Translations under genes and position numbers: made by a program
Virus record (IMG/VR): IMGVR_UViG_3300042868_009047
DNA from: a virus
Lineage: Duplodnaviria; Caudoviricetes
DNA length: 64,000 bases
Reading direction: 5' to 3' (one strand)
Shown here: positions 13,801-21,658 of the stretch, one piece after another
How positions within the stretch are numbered: position 1 is the stretch's first letter
Layout: every line of letters begins with the position of its first letter
The notes under the pieces: model-generated
Seen by the model: the letters and a program-made list of their open reading frames with translations, nothing else
Told to the model about the DNA's origin: nothing
Databases searched by the model: none

Positions 13801-16800
13801 GAAGAACCATTAGAACCAGTTGAACCTGATGTACCGCTTGACGCTGATGTACCTGAAGAAGCGCTTAAACCTGAACTTCCAGCTGTTCCTGACGTAGCAG
13901 AGCTACCTGAAGTTGCTGAAGAACCACTATTTGAACTCAATCCCGAAGTACCGTTTGTTCCACTTGTAGCAGAAGAACCAGAACTTGCAGATGTACCTGA
14001 AGAAGCTGAAGCGCCTGAAAAACCAGCTGATCCACTTGTACCTGAAGTACCTGAAGAAGCTGAACTTCCAGATGATGCACTTAAACCAGAACTTCCAGCC
14101 GTTCCTGAGGTAGCGGAGCTACCTGAAGTTGCTGAAGAACCCGAGTTAGCGGCCAACCCTGATGTACCATTTGTACCTGAAGTAGCTGAACTACCAGACG
14201 ATGCTGATGTTCCTGAAGAAGCTGACGCACCACTTGACCCAGCTGAACCTGAAGATCCTGAGGTCGCAGAAGTTCCTGAAGAACCAGCTGAACCCGAACT
14301 ACCTGAATTAGCAGCTAAACCTGAAGTACCATTTGTACCTGAAGTAGCTGAACTACCAGACGATGCTGATGTTCCTGAAGAAGCGGAAGCCCCTGATGAA
14401 CCAACAGAACCTGTTGAACCTGAAGTTCCACTTGTTGCTGAAGACCCAGCAGAAGAACTTAAACCTGAAGATCCAGCCGTACCACTTGTAGCAGAGCTAC
14501 CTGAAGTTGCTGATGAACCACTATTACCTGATAAACCACCAGTACCATTTGTTCCTGAAGAACCAGAAGATCCTGATGTAGCTGAAATAGCTGAAATACC
14601 ATCAGCACCATCAACCCCACTTGAACCTGAAGTTCCTGATGAACCAGATGTTTTACTTGAACCAGCTAAACCACTTGTACCTGTTGTACCCGAAGTTGCT
14701 GATGAACCACTTGTTGCTGAAGACCCTGAATTAGCTGATAAACCACTTGTACCAGCTGTTCCTGAAGTTGCAGATGAACCAGATGATGCTGATGTTCCTG
14801 AAGATGCTGATGCCCCTGATGAACCTGATGTACCAGCTGTTCCACTTGTAGCTGAAGAACCTGATGTTGCAGATGTACCTGAAGAAGCTGAAGCTCCACT
14901 TGAACCTGCCGAACCACTAGTTGCAGATGTACCTGAAGAAGCTGAACTTCCAGATGATGCACTTAAACCAGAACTTCCAGCCGTTCCTGACGTTGCAGAC
15001 GAACCAGAAGAAGCCGAAGAACCCGAATTAGCAGCTAAACCTGAGGTACCGTTTGTACCTGAAGTTGCTGATGATCCTGATGTAGCTGAACTACCGCTTA
15101 AAGCAGAAGCCCCACTTGTACCTGATGAACCTGAACTACCTGATGTAGCTGAAGTACCTGAAGTTGCTGATGAACCACTATTTGCACTCAAACCTGAGGT
15201 ACCGTTTGTACCTGAAGTCGCTGACGAACCCGATGATGCACTTAAGCCTGAAGAACCAACCGTACCACTTGTTGCAGAGCTGCCTGAAGAAGCTGACGCT
15301 CCTGATGAACCATTAGAACCTGAAGTAGCAGAGCTGCCTGAAGTTGCTGATGATCCTGAGTTTGCTGATAAACCAGAAGTACCATTTGTACCTGTAGAAC
15401 CAGCTGTTCCTGAAGAACCTGAAAATTGACTTAAACCTGACGCACCAGCAGTACCATTTGTACCAGTTGATCCTGAAGAACCGCTTGATCCAGATGTTCC
15501 TGAAGTTGATGATAAATTACTATCCCCACCAATACCTGATGTTCCAGTTGAACCCGAACTACCTGAGGTCCCTGATGTTGATGATAAATTACTTTCACCA
15601 TCTATACCTGAAGTACCATTTGATCCACTTGACCCTGATGTACCTGAAGAAGAACTATCACCACTTATACCTGAGGTTCCATTGGAGCCGTCAGCTCCTG
15701 AAGAACCGTTTGTTCCAGTTGAACCTGATTCACCTGACAATCCAGATGTACCATAAGACCCATCATTTCCTGAAGATCCATCAGACCCAGTTGACCCAGA
15801 CGTACCTGATTGACCAGATGTGCCATAAGACCCATCATTTCCTGAAGATCCATCAGACCCAGTTGATCCTGATTCACCTGACAATCCAGATGTACCAAAA
15901 GAACCATCAACACCTGATAAACCCGATGTACCGTCTGATCCAGAGACACCTGAAACACCGTTAACACCATTTAAACCTGAAGAACCATCACTACCATTTG
16001 AACCTGACTCCCCACTTCGACCATTTGAACCAAAGGAACCATAAACTCCTGAAGAACCATCTGTTCCATTACTACCAGATTCACCTGAAACACCTGAAGT
16101 CCCATTGGAACCATTATTTCCTGAAGATCCATCGGATCCTGTAGAACCACTTTCACCACTTAAACCTGAAGTTCCAAAACTACCATCATTTCCTGAAGAA
16201 CCGTCAGTACCTGTACTACCAGATTCCCCTGATTGACCAGATGTTCCGAAAGAACCATCTAAACCACTCGATCCGTCTGTTCCAGTTGACCCAGATTCAC
16301 CACTTATACCTGAGGTTCCGTTGGAACCATTATTACCACTACTACCATCTGTACCTGTTGAACCAGATTCACCAGATTGACCTGAAGTTCCAAAGGAACC
16401 ATCGTTTCCTGAAGATCCATAAGTACCATTTGATCCAGATTCACCACTTATACCTGAGGTTCCGTTGGAACCTGAAACACCTGATGTACCATCAACACCA
16501 TCAACACCATCAACACCATTTGTACCACTTGATCCTGATTCTCCGCTTATACCTGAAGTTCCGTTGGAACCATTATTACCACTAATACCATCTGTACCAG
16601 TTGATCCGCTTTCACCAGATTGACCACTTGTACCAAAACTACCATCGTTTCCTGAAGATCCATCGGATCCAGTTGAACCAGACGTACCAGATTGACCTGA
16701 AGTTCCAAAACTACCGTCAGCTCCTGAAGAACCATCTGAACCTGTTGAACCAGACGTACCAGATTGACCTGAAGTTCCAAAACTACCGTCAGCTCCTGAA

Positions 16801-18074
16801 GAACCATCTGAACCTGTTGATCCAGACTCACCTGACAACCCTGAAGTTCCAAAACTACCATCAACACCTGATAAACCCGATGTACCATCTGATCCAGAGA
16901 TACCAGAACTACCATCAACACCATTTAAACCAGAAGTACCAGTTGAACCGCTTTCACCTGAAACGCCACTTGTACCAAAAGAACCATCGTTTCCTGAAGA
17001 TCCATCGGATCCAGTTGAACCGCTTTCACCTGATTGACCTGAAGTTCCAAACGATCCGTCATTTCCTGAACTACCGTCAGATCCTGTACTACCTGACTCT
17101 CCACTTACACCTGAAGTTCCATTGGAGCCATTATTACCACTACTACCATCTGAACCAGTTGAACCAGATTCACCTGATAAACCAGATGTTCCGAAAGAAC
17201 CATCAGCACCCGATAAACCGTCTGTGCCAGTGCTACCACTTTCACCGCTTATACCTGATGTACCAAAAGATCCATCATTTCCTGAAGACCCATCGGATCC
17301 TGTAGACCCGCTTTCTCCACTTATACCTGAAGTTCCGTTGGAACCAGAAACACCACTTATACCTGAAGTTCCGAAGGAACCATCAACACCACTTATACCT
17401 GATGTACCATCAACACCATCAACACCATCAACACCATTTGTACCTGAAGTACCAGAAACCCCTGATGTACCATAAGATCCGTCATTTCCTGATGAACCAT
17501 CACTACCTGTACTACCACTTTCTCCACTTACACCTGAAGTTCCGAAGGAACCATCAGCACCACTTTCGCCTGAAGTTCCTGTGGATCCAGATTCCCCTGA
17601 AACCCCTGAAGTTCCAAAAGAACCATCATTTCCTGAAGAACCATCAGAACCTGAAGAACCTGATGTTCCTGACTCACCTGAAGTACCGTAAGAACCACCT
17701 AAACCTGAATAACCTGAAGTACCAGCGGTACCAGATGTACCTGCTAATAAAGGTGAATAAGAATATTCACCAGTAACTGAATTAAACGACACGAAATAGT
17801 TTGGTGAACTATTTTGGGTCATACCAGTAACAAATAATTGATTTAATGTATAAATACCCTTAAGATCTTGGGTATTTTCCCACTGAAGCGTGGAGTTATT
17901 CCAAACTAGAATATCCCCTTCATTGGGGCCAGCGCCAGCTATTACAACGTCTGATAGATCATCTATACCTAGATTTTCTATAACGTCCTTTATATTTTGG
18001 AAGTTAGCGTCTAATTCCGCGTAGGATAGCGCCCTTCCTAGATCATCCCTAAGATAAATTGTTACTGTTGCCAT
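1827..18074 (-). CDS. Giant (5,415 aa) Gly/Ser/Thr period-3 repeat tail fibre with C-terminal peptidase S74 intramolecular chaperone
   Basis: N-terminus LRDDLGRALSYAELDANF and LSDVVI..GDILVWN resembles phage fibre N-termini. About 5,200 aa of (G/A/x)-x-(S/T/N) triplets follow. The C-terminus FSDERVKDN...GVIAQEVQKVIPE...VAYSNLVGLLIEAIKDL is the S74 chaperone signature, with the predicted cleavage Ser at 2097-2099. Confidence 0.85.
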   Translation of the reverse strand: MATVTIYLRDDLGRALSYAELDANFQNIKDVIENLGIDDLSDVVIAGAGPNEGDILVWNNSTLQWENTQDLKGIYTLNQLFVTGMTQNSSPNYFVSFNSVTGEYSYSPLLAGTSGTAGTSGYSGLGGSYGTSGESGTSGSSGSDGSSGNDGSFGTSGVSGESGSTGTSGESGADGSFGTSGVSGESGSTGSDGSSGNDGSYGTSGVSGTSGTNGVDGVDGVDGTSGISGVDGSFGTSGISGVSGSNGTSGISGESGSTGSDGSSGNDGSFGTSGISGESGSTGTDGLSGADGSFGTSGLSGESGSTGSDGSSGNNGSNGTSGVSGESGSTGSDGSSGNDGSFGTSGQSGESGSTGSDGSSGNDGSFGTSGVSGESGSTGTSGLNGVDGSSGISGSDGTSGLSGVDGSFGTSGLSGESGSTGSDGSSGADGSFGTSGQSGTSGSTGSDGSSGADGSFGTSGQSGTSGSTGSDGSSGNDGSFGTSGQSGESGSTGTDGISGNNGSNGTSGISGESGSSGTNGVDGVDGVDGTSGVSGSNGTSGISGESGSNGTYGSSGNDGSFGTSGQSGESGSTGTDGSSGNNGSNGTSGISGESGSTGTDGSSGLDGSFGTSGQSGESGSTGTDGSSGNDGSFGTSGLSGESGSTGSDGSSGNNGSNGTSGVSGESGSNGTDGSSGVYGSFGSNGRSGESGSNGSDGSSGLNGVNGVSGVSGSDGTSGLSGVDGSFGTSGLSGESGSTGSDGSSGNDGSYGTSGQSGTSGSTGSDGSSGNDGSYGTSGLSGESGSTGTNGSSGADGSNGTSGISGDSSSSGTSGSSGSNGTSGIDGESNLSSTSGTSGSSGSTGTSGIGGDSNLSSTSGTSGSSGSSGSTGTNGTAGASGLSQFSGSSGTAGSTGTNGTSGLSANSGSSATSGSSATSGSNGSSGASASSGSSATSGTVGSSGLSASSGSSATSGTNGTSGLSANSGSSATSGTSATSGSSGSSGTSGASALSGSSATSGSSATSGTNGTSGLAANSGSSASSGSSATSGTAGSSGLSASSGSSASSGTSATSGSAGSSGASASSGTSATSGSSATSGTAGTSGSSGASASSGTSASSGSSATSGTAGTSGLSANSGSSATSGSSATSGTTGTSGLAGSSKTSGSSGTSGSSGVDGADGISAISATSGSSGSSGTNGTGGLSGNSGSSATSGSSATSGTAGSSGLSSSAGSSATSGTSGSTGSVGSSGASASSGTSASSGSSATSGTNGTSGLAANSGSSGSAGSSGTSATSGSSGSAGSSGASASSGTSASSGSSATSGTNGTSGLAANSGSSATSGSSATSGTAGSSGLSASSGSSASSGTSGTSGSAGFSGASASSGTSASSGSSATSGTNGTSGLSSNSGSSATSGSSATSGTAGSSGLSASSGTSASSGTSGSTGSNGSSGASASSGTSASSGSSATSGTNGTSGLAANSGSSATSGSSATSGTSGSSGSSASSGTAGSSGNSNSSGSSGTSGSSATSGTNGTSGLSSNSGSSATSGSSATSGTAGSSGLSASSGSSATSGTAGSTGSSGSSGASASSGTSASSGSSATSGTNGTSGLSALSGSSATSGSSATSGTAGSSGLSASSGSSATAGTSGSAGSAGSSGASASSGTSASSGSSATSGTNGTSGLSRLSGSSATAGTSGTSGTDGQSALSDTSGTSGSSGSTGTSGTDGASALSKSSGTSGSSGSSGSTGTNGTSGLSANSGSSATSGSSATSGTTGTSGSSALSGSAGTSATSGTAGSSGLSSSSGSSATSGTAGSSGSNGSSGASASSGTSASSGSSATSGTNGTSGLAANSGSSGTSASSGTTGTAGTNGLSQLSGSSATSGSSATSGTAGSSGLSASSGSAGSSATSGTTGTSGSSALSGSAGSSATSGSSGSTGSAGTSGASANSGSSATSGSSATSGTNGTSGLGRLSGSSATAGTSGTSGTDGQSALSDTSGTSGSSGSTGTSGTDGQSGLSRSSGTSGSSGSSGSTGTNGTSGLSANSGSSATSGSSATSGTTGTSGSSALSGSSGSAGTSATSGTAGSSGLSASSGSAGTSATSGSSGSAGTSGASALSGSSATSGSSGSTGTAGTSGVSANSGSSATSGSSATSGTIGTSGLSRLSGSSATAGTSGTSGTDGVSATSDTSGTSGSSGSTGTSGTDGQSALSKSSGTSGSSGSSGSTGTNGTSGLSSNSGSSATAGSSATSGTTGTSGSSALSGSAGSAGSSATSGTSGSSGLSASSGSAGTSASSGSTGSAGTSGLSANSGSSATSGSSATSGTIGTSGLSQLSGSSGSAGTSATSGTSGSSGSSGSAGTDGASALSRSSGTSGSSGSTGTNGTSGLSSNSGSSATSGTSATSGSAGTVGSSALSGSSGSAGSSATAGTSGSSGSAGTSGLSANSGSSATSGSSATSGTNGTSGLGRLSGSSATAGTSGTSGTDGQSALSDTSGTSGSSGSTGTSGTDGQSSLSRSSGTSGSSGSTGSNGTNGASANSGSSATSGSSATSGTVGTSGLSQLSGSSGSAGTSATSGTSGSSGSSGTSGTDGASALSKSSGTSGSSGSSGSTGTNGTSGLSSNSGSSGTSASSGSTGSTGTSGASANSGSSATSGSSATSGTAGTSGLGRLSGSSATAGTSGTSGTDGQSALSDTSGTSGSSGSTGTSGTDGQSGLSRSSGSSGTAGSSGSTGTNGTSGLSSNSGSSATAGSSATSGTAGTSGVSQLSGSSGSAGTSATSGTSGSSGSSGSAGTDGASALSRSSGTSGSSGSTGTNGTNGASANSGSSATAGSSATSGTAGTSGLSSLSGSSGSAGSSATSGTSGSNGTAGNSGLSQLSGSSASSGSSGTNGTSGLSRSSGSSGTSGSSGTNGTDGQSSLSRSSGTSGSSGSTGTNGTNGASANSGSSATSGSSATSGTIGTSGLSQLSGSAGTSGSSASSGTSGTVGSSALSGSAGSAGSSGTSGTAGSSALSGSAGSSATSGSSGSTGSNGTSGASANSGSSATSGSSATSGTNGTSGLGRLSGSSATAGTSGTSGTDGQSALSDTSGTSGSSGSTGTSGTDGQSSLSRSSGTSGSSGSTGSNGTSGASANSGSSATSGSSATSGTVGTSGLSQLSGSSGSAGSSATSGTSGSSGSSASSGSAGTSGQSANSGSSGTSASSGSTGTNGTAGLSGLSQLSGSSASSGSSGTTGTAGTNGSSRLSGSSATAGTSGTSGTDGQSALSDTSGTSGSSGSTGTSGTDGQSGLSRSSGSAGTSGSSGSTGTNGTAGASGLSQLSGSSATSGSSGTNGTSGLSRSSGSSGTSGSSGTNGTDGASALSRSSGTSGSSGSTGTTGTNGASANSGSSGTSGTSATSGSAGTVGSSALSGSSGSSATSGTSGSSGTAGNSGLSQLSGSSASSGSSGTNGTSGLSRSSGSSGTSGSSGTNGTDGASSLSRSSGTSGSSGSTGTNGTNGASANSGSSATSGSSATSGTAGTNGLSQLSGSSGSAGSSATSGTSGSNGTAGNSGLSQLSGSSASSGSSGTNGTSGLSRSSGSSGTSGSSGTNGTDGQSSLSRSSGTSGSSGSTGTVGTNGASANSGSSATSGSSATSGTIGTSGLGRLSGSSATSGTSGTSGTDGQSALSDTSGTSGSSGSTGSSGTDGASALSRSSGTSGSSGSTGTNGTVGSSNNSGSAGTSGSSATSGTVGTSGVAANSGISVTSGTSGTSGSSGSKGTDGTAGVSGASASSGSSATSGSTGTNGTAGNSGLSQLSGSSASSGSSGTTGTAGTNGSSRLSGSSATAGTSGTSGTDGQSALSDTSGTSGSSGSTGTSGTDGLSGLSRSSGSSGTAGSSGSTGTNGTSGLSGASASSGSSATSGSTGTNGTAGNSGLSQLSGSSASSGSSGTNGTVGTSGLSRLSGSSATAGTSGTSGTDGQSGLSRSSGSAGTSGSSGSTGTNGTSGNAGNSGLSSTSGSSATSGSTGTNGTAGNSGLSQLSGSSASSGSSGSSGTNGTSGLSRSSGSSGTSGSSGTNGTDGQSALSRSSGTSGSSGSTGTNGTSGLSSNSGSSASSGSSGSSGTNGTAGLSRSSGSSGTSGSSGTNGTDGQSSLSRSSGTSGSSGSTGTNGTAGNSGLSQLSGSSASSGSTGTAGTAGLSRLSGSSGSSGSSGTNGTDGQSGLSRSSGTAGSSGSTGTAGNNGASNNSGSSGTSGSNGTSGNAGNIGASALSGSSGSTGTNGTTGIIGGNGLSANSGSSASSGSTGTNGTSGLSRSSGSSGTSGSSGTNGTDGASSLSRSSGTSGSSGSTGTAGTDGISRIAGFAGTSGTSATSGTIGTVGNNGASNNSGSSGTSGSSGSTGTNGTAGNSGLSQLSGSSASSGSSGSTGTAGTNGLAVGSGISTLSGSSGSTGTNGTNGNAGNIGASANSGSSGSTGTNGTTGIIGGNGLSANSGSSASSGSTGTNGTSGLSGLSGSSGTSGSSATSGLAGSSGSSGTEGTTGTTGFRGQSGFSGTSGLSGSAGSTGSNGTSGNAGNIGASALSGSSGSTGSNGTGGVAGLNGISALSGTSGSSGTAGNSGLGGSSGTSGSSGSSGTAGASGSSRLSGSSATSGSNGTSGNAGNIGASANSGSSGSTGTNGTTGNAGANGNSAVSGTSGSTGTAGTNGLPVPSGISQLSGSSGSTGTNGTNGNAGNIGASANSGSSGSTGTNGTTGNNGNSGNSGLSGTNGSTGTNGNNGANGVSGLSGLSGSNGTAGTSGASGGNGVSGLSGLSGSNGSNGTNGNAGGNGNSGLSGTSGSTGSTGTTGNAGGNGNSAVSGSSGSSGTGGTNGLPVPSGISQLSGSSGSSGTNGTSGNAGTIGLSRLSGSSGSTGTNGTSGNNGNSGNSGNSGLSGTNGSNGTNGNNGANGVSGLSGISGSNGTAGTSGASAGNGVSGLSGSSGSTGTSGTTGNAGAIGLSRLSGSSGSTGTNGTNGNNGANGNSGNSGLSGSNGTAGTSGASGGNGVSGLSGISGSNGTAGTNGNNGANGNSGNSGLSGSTGTNGTTGNNGNAGGNGNSAVSGSSGSSGTGGTNGLPVPSGISQLSGSSGSTGTNGTSGNNGNNGNSGLSGLSGSNGSNGTNGNNGGVGLGGVSGVSGTNGSTGTGGANGLNGGNGNSGVSGVNGSNGTNGAAGNNGNNGANGTSGVAGNNGNNGAGGLSGVNGSNGTNGAAGNNGNNGAGGLSGVNGSNGTNGAAGNNGNNGAGGLSGANGTNGTTGVAGTSGQSINGTSGISGGSFTNQPDYLVRTTSATQVQSVSFLKVDTTSNRLGINNASPSYTLDVSGTIYASADVIAFSDERVKDNVVTISDALNKVRSMRGVNYTRNDVEDKSLKMGVIAQEVQKVIPEVISTRESDGYLGVAYSNLVGLLIEAIKDLDKEIQDLKK
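2359..2543 (-). repeat. 72-bp near-exact tandem repeat (about 2.5 copies) inside the fibre gene
   Basis: Unit cctgataaaccacctgcaccg... starts at 2359, 2431 and 2503; it encodes 24-aa GNNGNNGAGGLSGVNGSNGTNGAA-type units. Confidence 0.85.
2836..3683 (-). repeat. 119-bp exact dispersed duplication inside the fibre gene
   Basis: 2836-2954 is identical to 3565-3683 (729 bp apart, in frame). It encodes the GNAGGNGNSAVSGSSGSSGTGGTNGLPVPSGISQLSGSSG block. Confidence 0.8.
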
Positions 18075-18105
18075 TTATATATACGTTAGTTTAAACATAC
18101 TAACA

Positions 18106-18113
18106 TATAAATA
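18106..18113 (-). promoter_or_regulatory. TATTTATA putative phage late-promoter motif upstream of the fibre gene
   Basis: Same motif recurs 5-35 nt upstream of many starts on both strands (see findings). Confidence 0.55.
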
Positions 18114-18164
18114 GTACTAAAACTCAATAAGGCAACAGTAACAAGCTTTTTTTTATTATTTTTT

Positions 18165-20630
18165 TTACTCGGTAATACTCACGTTTATTTTTTCAGCCTT
18201 AGTATTATAGGTTATAACTATTTTACCAGATTTAGGCATTTGTTTACGTAACATTTCATCAGAAATCGGATCTTCAATATATTTTTGTATGGTTCTTTGG
18301 ATCTCTCTTGCACCATATAATTTATTAAAACCTTTTTCTAAAATAAAATCTTTAGTTTTTTTATCAATTTTAACAGTAAAGCCAATTTCTTTTAAATGAT
18401 TCTCAAAATCTTTTAATTGTAAATCAATGATTTTAATCACATCATCTTGTGTTAAGTAATTAAAATAGACAATCTCATCCAAACGATTAATAAATTCTGG
18501 TTTAAAAGTTTTCTTAAGATTTTTTTCAATAATACTTTTTGAATTAGTATTAGACTCAGTTTCAGAATCGCTAAAACCTATCTTTGTACCAAAATCTTGA
18601 ACTTCTTTTAAACCAATATTTGATGTCATTATAATAATGGTATTTTTAAAGTTAATTTTTCTACCATTAGCATCAGTTAAGAAACCTTCATCCAATAATT
18701 GTAGCATCACATTAAAAATATCTGGGTGAGCCTTTTCAATTTCATCGAATAAAACCAAGGAGTATGGTTTATTCTTAACCTTTTCGGTTAATTGACCACC
18801 TTCGTTATACCCAACATAACCTGGGGGTGCTCCAATTAATTTACTAATGTTAAATTTTTCGGAATATTCTGACATATCAACACGAATAATCGCATCCTTT
18901 GAACCAAAAACTTTTTCAGCTAAACATTTCGCTAACTCTGTTTTACCAACTCCAGTTGGTCCGATAAATAAAAATGAGCCGATTGGTTTAGATTGTTTCC
19001 TAATACCAGTTCTGTTTCTTTTAATTGAAGAAACAACTTTATCAATTGCATCCGACTGACCAATAACACAATTAGCTAACTCACTATCCATTGATAATAA
19101 CTTTGATATTTCATTCTCAGACACTTTACTAACAGGTATACCTGTCATCATTGACACTACTTCTGAAATCATATCATCTGTCACAATATTTCTTTTATCG
19201 TTAATCGATAATTTCCAACTTGAATTTTCTTTATCCAATTCAGTGAGAATCTTTTTTTCCTGATCACGAAGTTGAGCCGCTTGTTCAAAGTTCTGTGTTT
19301 TAACAACCTGTTGTTTTTGATCTTTAATTTCTTTTAGCTTGGCTTCAAGATCTTTGATTTTTTGTGGTGCTTTAACAGCAACCTGTGTTCTAGACCCAGC
19401 TTCATCCATAATATCGATGGCTTTATCAGGGAACTCTCTATTTGTAATGTAACGGTCAGCTAATGTAATAATTTCATCAATAGCCTCTTCAGTATAAGTT
19501 ACTTTATGAAAATCCTCATATTTTTCCTTAATATTCATAAGGATTTCTTTTGTCTCACCCAATTGTGGTGGGTTAACCATAACTTTTTGGAACCTACGAT
19601 CTAAAGCACCATCTTTTTCAATATGTTCACGATACTCATCAAGAGTAGTAGCACCAATACATTGTAGTTCTCCACGAGCCAACGCTGGTTTAAAAACATT
19701 TGCGGCATCCAAAGAACCAGATGAGTTACCAGCACCAACAATTGTATGCAGTTCATCGATAAATAAAATTACATTAGGATTATCTTTAGCCTCATCAACA
19801 ATAGCCTTAATCCTTTCTTCAAATTGACCACGATATTTTGTGCCAGCAACAAGTGAAGTCATATCTAATGTTACGACACGTTTGTTCATTAATGGTCTTG
19901 GGCAATCACCATTAGCAATTTTAATCGCTAAGCTTTCAGCAATTGCAGTTTTACCAACACCTGGATCACCAATAAGGATTGGGTTATTTTTCTTTCTTCT
20001 TGTTAAGATTTGACAAACTCTTTCAACTTCTGATGCACGCCCAATAACAGGATCTAACTTACCTTCTTGTGCTAATACCGTTAAATCACGACCAAAGTTA
20101 TCCAATGTCGGTGTTTTTGACTTAATGTTTTTATTAGCCTCATTTAATGGTTTTCTATCTCTAGGTAATTCATCATCATTAGAAAACACACTTGCTTGTG
20201 GGGTTGATAACTGTTTAATTTTTTTAGCGATAAATGTTTTTGTTAAACCATATTCTTTAAAAAGTTTAACAATAGCATTTTCTTTCTCCATTGAAATAAG
20301 AAAGAAAAGTTCAACTGTAATGTAATCAGTCGGTTTTTTCCTTAAAATACATTCTTTTATTATTTCCTGTAATTCTGGTTCAAAAGGTAATATACCATCT
20401 TGTTTACCACTAGATGAGTCCGATAACCTTTTATTGATATCATTTAAATCATTAACCATGACATCGAAATCCAATACCTTGTTTTTAACAACTTCATATA
20501 TCATATTTTCGGTAGTAAGTATACCGAAAATAACATGCTGTAACCTAAGCATTGAATCATCATACTTAACCGCTACGGATTGGCCTCTAGTAAAGGCGCT
20601 TCTTAATTCGTTTGTCATTCTTTCTTTCAT
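18165..20630 (-). CDS. clpC: ClpC-like AAA+ unfoldase (Clp N-domain, two AAA modules, UVR coiled coil)
   Basis: [50 protein letters not shown] motif [49 protein letters not shown]. Start moved to ATG 20630 because the GTG at 20651 abuts the promoter. Confidence 0.92.
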   Translation of the reverse strand: MKERMTNELRSAFTRGQSVAVKYDDSMLRLQHVIFGILTTENMIYEVVKNKVLDFDVMVNDLNDINKRLSDSSSGKQDGILPFEPELQEIIKECILRKKPTDYITVELFFLISMEKENAIVKLFKEYGLTKTFIAKKIKQLSTPQASVFSNDDELPRDRKPLNEANKNIKSKTPTLDNFGRDLTVLAQEGKLDPVIGRASEVERVCQILTRRKKNNPILIGDPGVGKTAIAESLAIKIANGDCPRPLMNKRVVTLDMTSLVAGTKYRGQFEERIKAIVDEAKDNPNVILFIDELHTIVGAGNSSGSLDAANVFKPALARGELQCIGATTLDEYREHIEKDGALDRRFQKVMVNPPQLGETKEILMNIKEKYEDFHKVTYTEEAIDEIITLADRYITNREFPDKAIDIMDEAGSRTQVAVKAPQKIKDLEAKLKEIKDQKQQVVKTQNFEQAAQLRDQEKKILTELDKENSSWKLSINDKRNIVTDDMISEVVSMMTGIPVSKVSENEISKLLSMDSELANCVIGQSDAIDKVVSSIKRNRTGIRKQSKPIGSFLFIGPTGVGKTELAKCLAEKVFGSKDAIIRVDMSEYSEKFNISKLIGAPPGYVGYNEGGQLTEKVKNKPYSLVLFDEIEKAHPDIFNVMLQLLDEGFLTDANGRKINFKNTIIIMTSNIGLKEVQDFGTKIGFSDSETESNTNSKSIIEKNLKKTFKPEFINRLDEIVYFNYLTQDDVIKIIDLQLKDFENHLKEIGFTVKIDKKTKDFILEKGFNKLYGAREIQRTIQKYIEDPISDEMLRKQMPKSGKIVITYNTKAEKINVSITE

Positions 20631-20652
20631 GTCTGAATATATATATTTCACG

Positions 20653-20700
20653 CAAAGATAGGAATAATCTTGACATAACCAAACTTTTTTCTTACTTTTG
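20653..20700. promoter_or_regulatory. Divergent Bacteroidota-type promoters
   Basis: TATCTTTG on minus (20653-20660) before clpC; TACTTTTG on plus (20693-20700) with upstream TTG before ATG 20716. Confidence 0.65.
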
Positions 20701-20715
20701 TTAAAAATAAATATT

Positions 20716-20964
20716 ATGGAAAAAACAACAATCTATTTTAAAGACGGTAATTTTATAGAATATTCTAATTATGACGGGAATAATGCTGTCTCTATGATTA
20801 GTGGAGACCATTTAATCGTAACAACAAAATCAACAGAAGAGACTGAAAATGGGCCATTTATCATTAATAATACCGTAATCTATAACCTAGATACGGTAAA
20901 AAACTTTGTAAAAATAACACCAACAAAAAAATTTAATATCGAAGAAAATGTCAGTAACAAGTAA
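20716..20964 (+). CDS. Hypothetical protein
   Basis: ORF track; start moved to ATG 20716 downstream of the -7 element. Confidence 0.6.
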   Translation: MEKTTIYFKDGNFIEYSNYDGNNAVSMISGDHLIVTTKSTEETENGPFIINNTVIYNLDTVKNFVKITPTKKFNIEENVSNK

Positions 20965-21190
20965 ACAGTATTTGGGTGAGAACGTAGTAGTTTCGTATGA
21001 AAGCTCAAACATTAAAGAAGGTAAGTACAACACCAACACTAAAAAACTACAGGTAACATTTAATAATGGTGCAATATATGAATACGATGATGTACCCCAT
21101 GAAACTTTTGCTGCTATGAATTTAGCGGAAAGTCAGGGTAAATACTTCAACACAAATATCGCAAAATCATTCACTTATAGAAAACTTTAA
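20948..21190 (+). CDS. KTSC domain protein
   Basis: SSNIKEGKYN...LQVTFNNGAIYEYDDVP...AESQGKYFNTNI matches the KTSC pattern. Confidence 0.85.
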   Translation: MSVTSKQYLGENVVVSYESSNIKEGKYNTNTKKLQVTFNNGAIYEYDDVPHETFAAMNLAESQGKYFNTNIAKSFTYRKL

Positions 21191-21193
21191 TAT

Positions 21194-21658
21194 ATGTACG
21201 TTGATATACGCCACGAATCAAGAGCTAACATAACTTTCCATAATATGGCAAAGGTTTCCATACGTGGTAACCAGAATTATTTAGTTAAATGGTACTATAA
21301 CAACGAGTTTTTCGGTGAAATGCCTTTAAACGGTGGAACATGGGGAGCTTATCCGATGAATGAGATAGGTCATTGGAGAGTAGAATTTTGGCAAGAAAAT
21401 AAGTTAATCTATACCTATACCAATATTCTGGAAAAAAATAATATCCTTATATTATTCGATAATGATGGTAATGACTTTGGTAAATTTGCTAGAAAAGTTA
21501 AAGAATATTCCGATGATATATCGAATAAGTTTGGCTGTAACGCCTTTGTCTTCTTTAAAAATTCAGAATTATGTGATTTTACCGATCATAAGGGTATACC
21601 ATTAAGATTAAATGATGATATTAACAGCTTTAAAATTATTTATAACAAAACATTATAA
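21194..21658 (+). CDS. Hypothetical protein, predicted beta-rich N-terminal half
   Basis: ORF track; stop/start overlap with the next gene. Confidence 0.6.
   Translation: MYVDIRHESRANITFHNMAKVSIRGNQNYLVKWYYNNEFFGEMPLNGGTWGAYPMNEIGHWRVEFWQENKLIYTYTNILEKNNILILFDNDGNDFGKFARKVKEYSDDISNKFGCNAFVFFKNSELCDFTDHKGIPLRLNDDINSFKIIYNKTL

Noticed and set aside
2213-17776. Dozens of Pro/Glu/Val-rich or Leu/Gln/His-rich ORFs overlapping the giant gene on both strands
   Set aside because: They are shadows of the repeat: GGT/GGA/TCA codons read antisense or out of frame give CCA/CCT/GAA runs with few stops. They have no independent signals.
1827-18074. Ice-nucleation protein or CRISPR-like repeat array
   Set aside because: The period is 3 aa, not the 8/16/48-aa INP pattern. 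There are no constant DNA repeats with unique spacers, and the S74 chaperone indicates a phage fibre.
18847-20661. Plus-strand ORFs inside clpC, and similar antisense ORFs inside the helicase, LamG, aaRS-like and NUDIX genes
   Set aside because: Antisense to well-supported genes, with no motifs or upstream signals.
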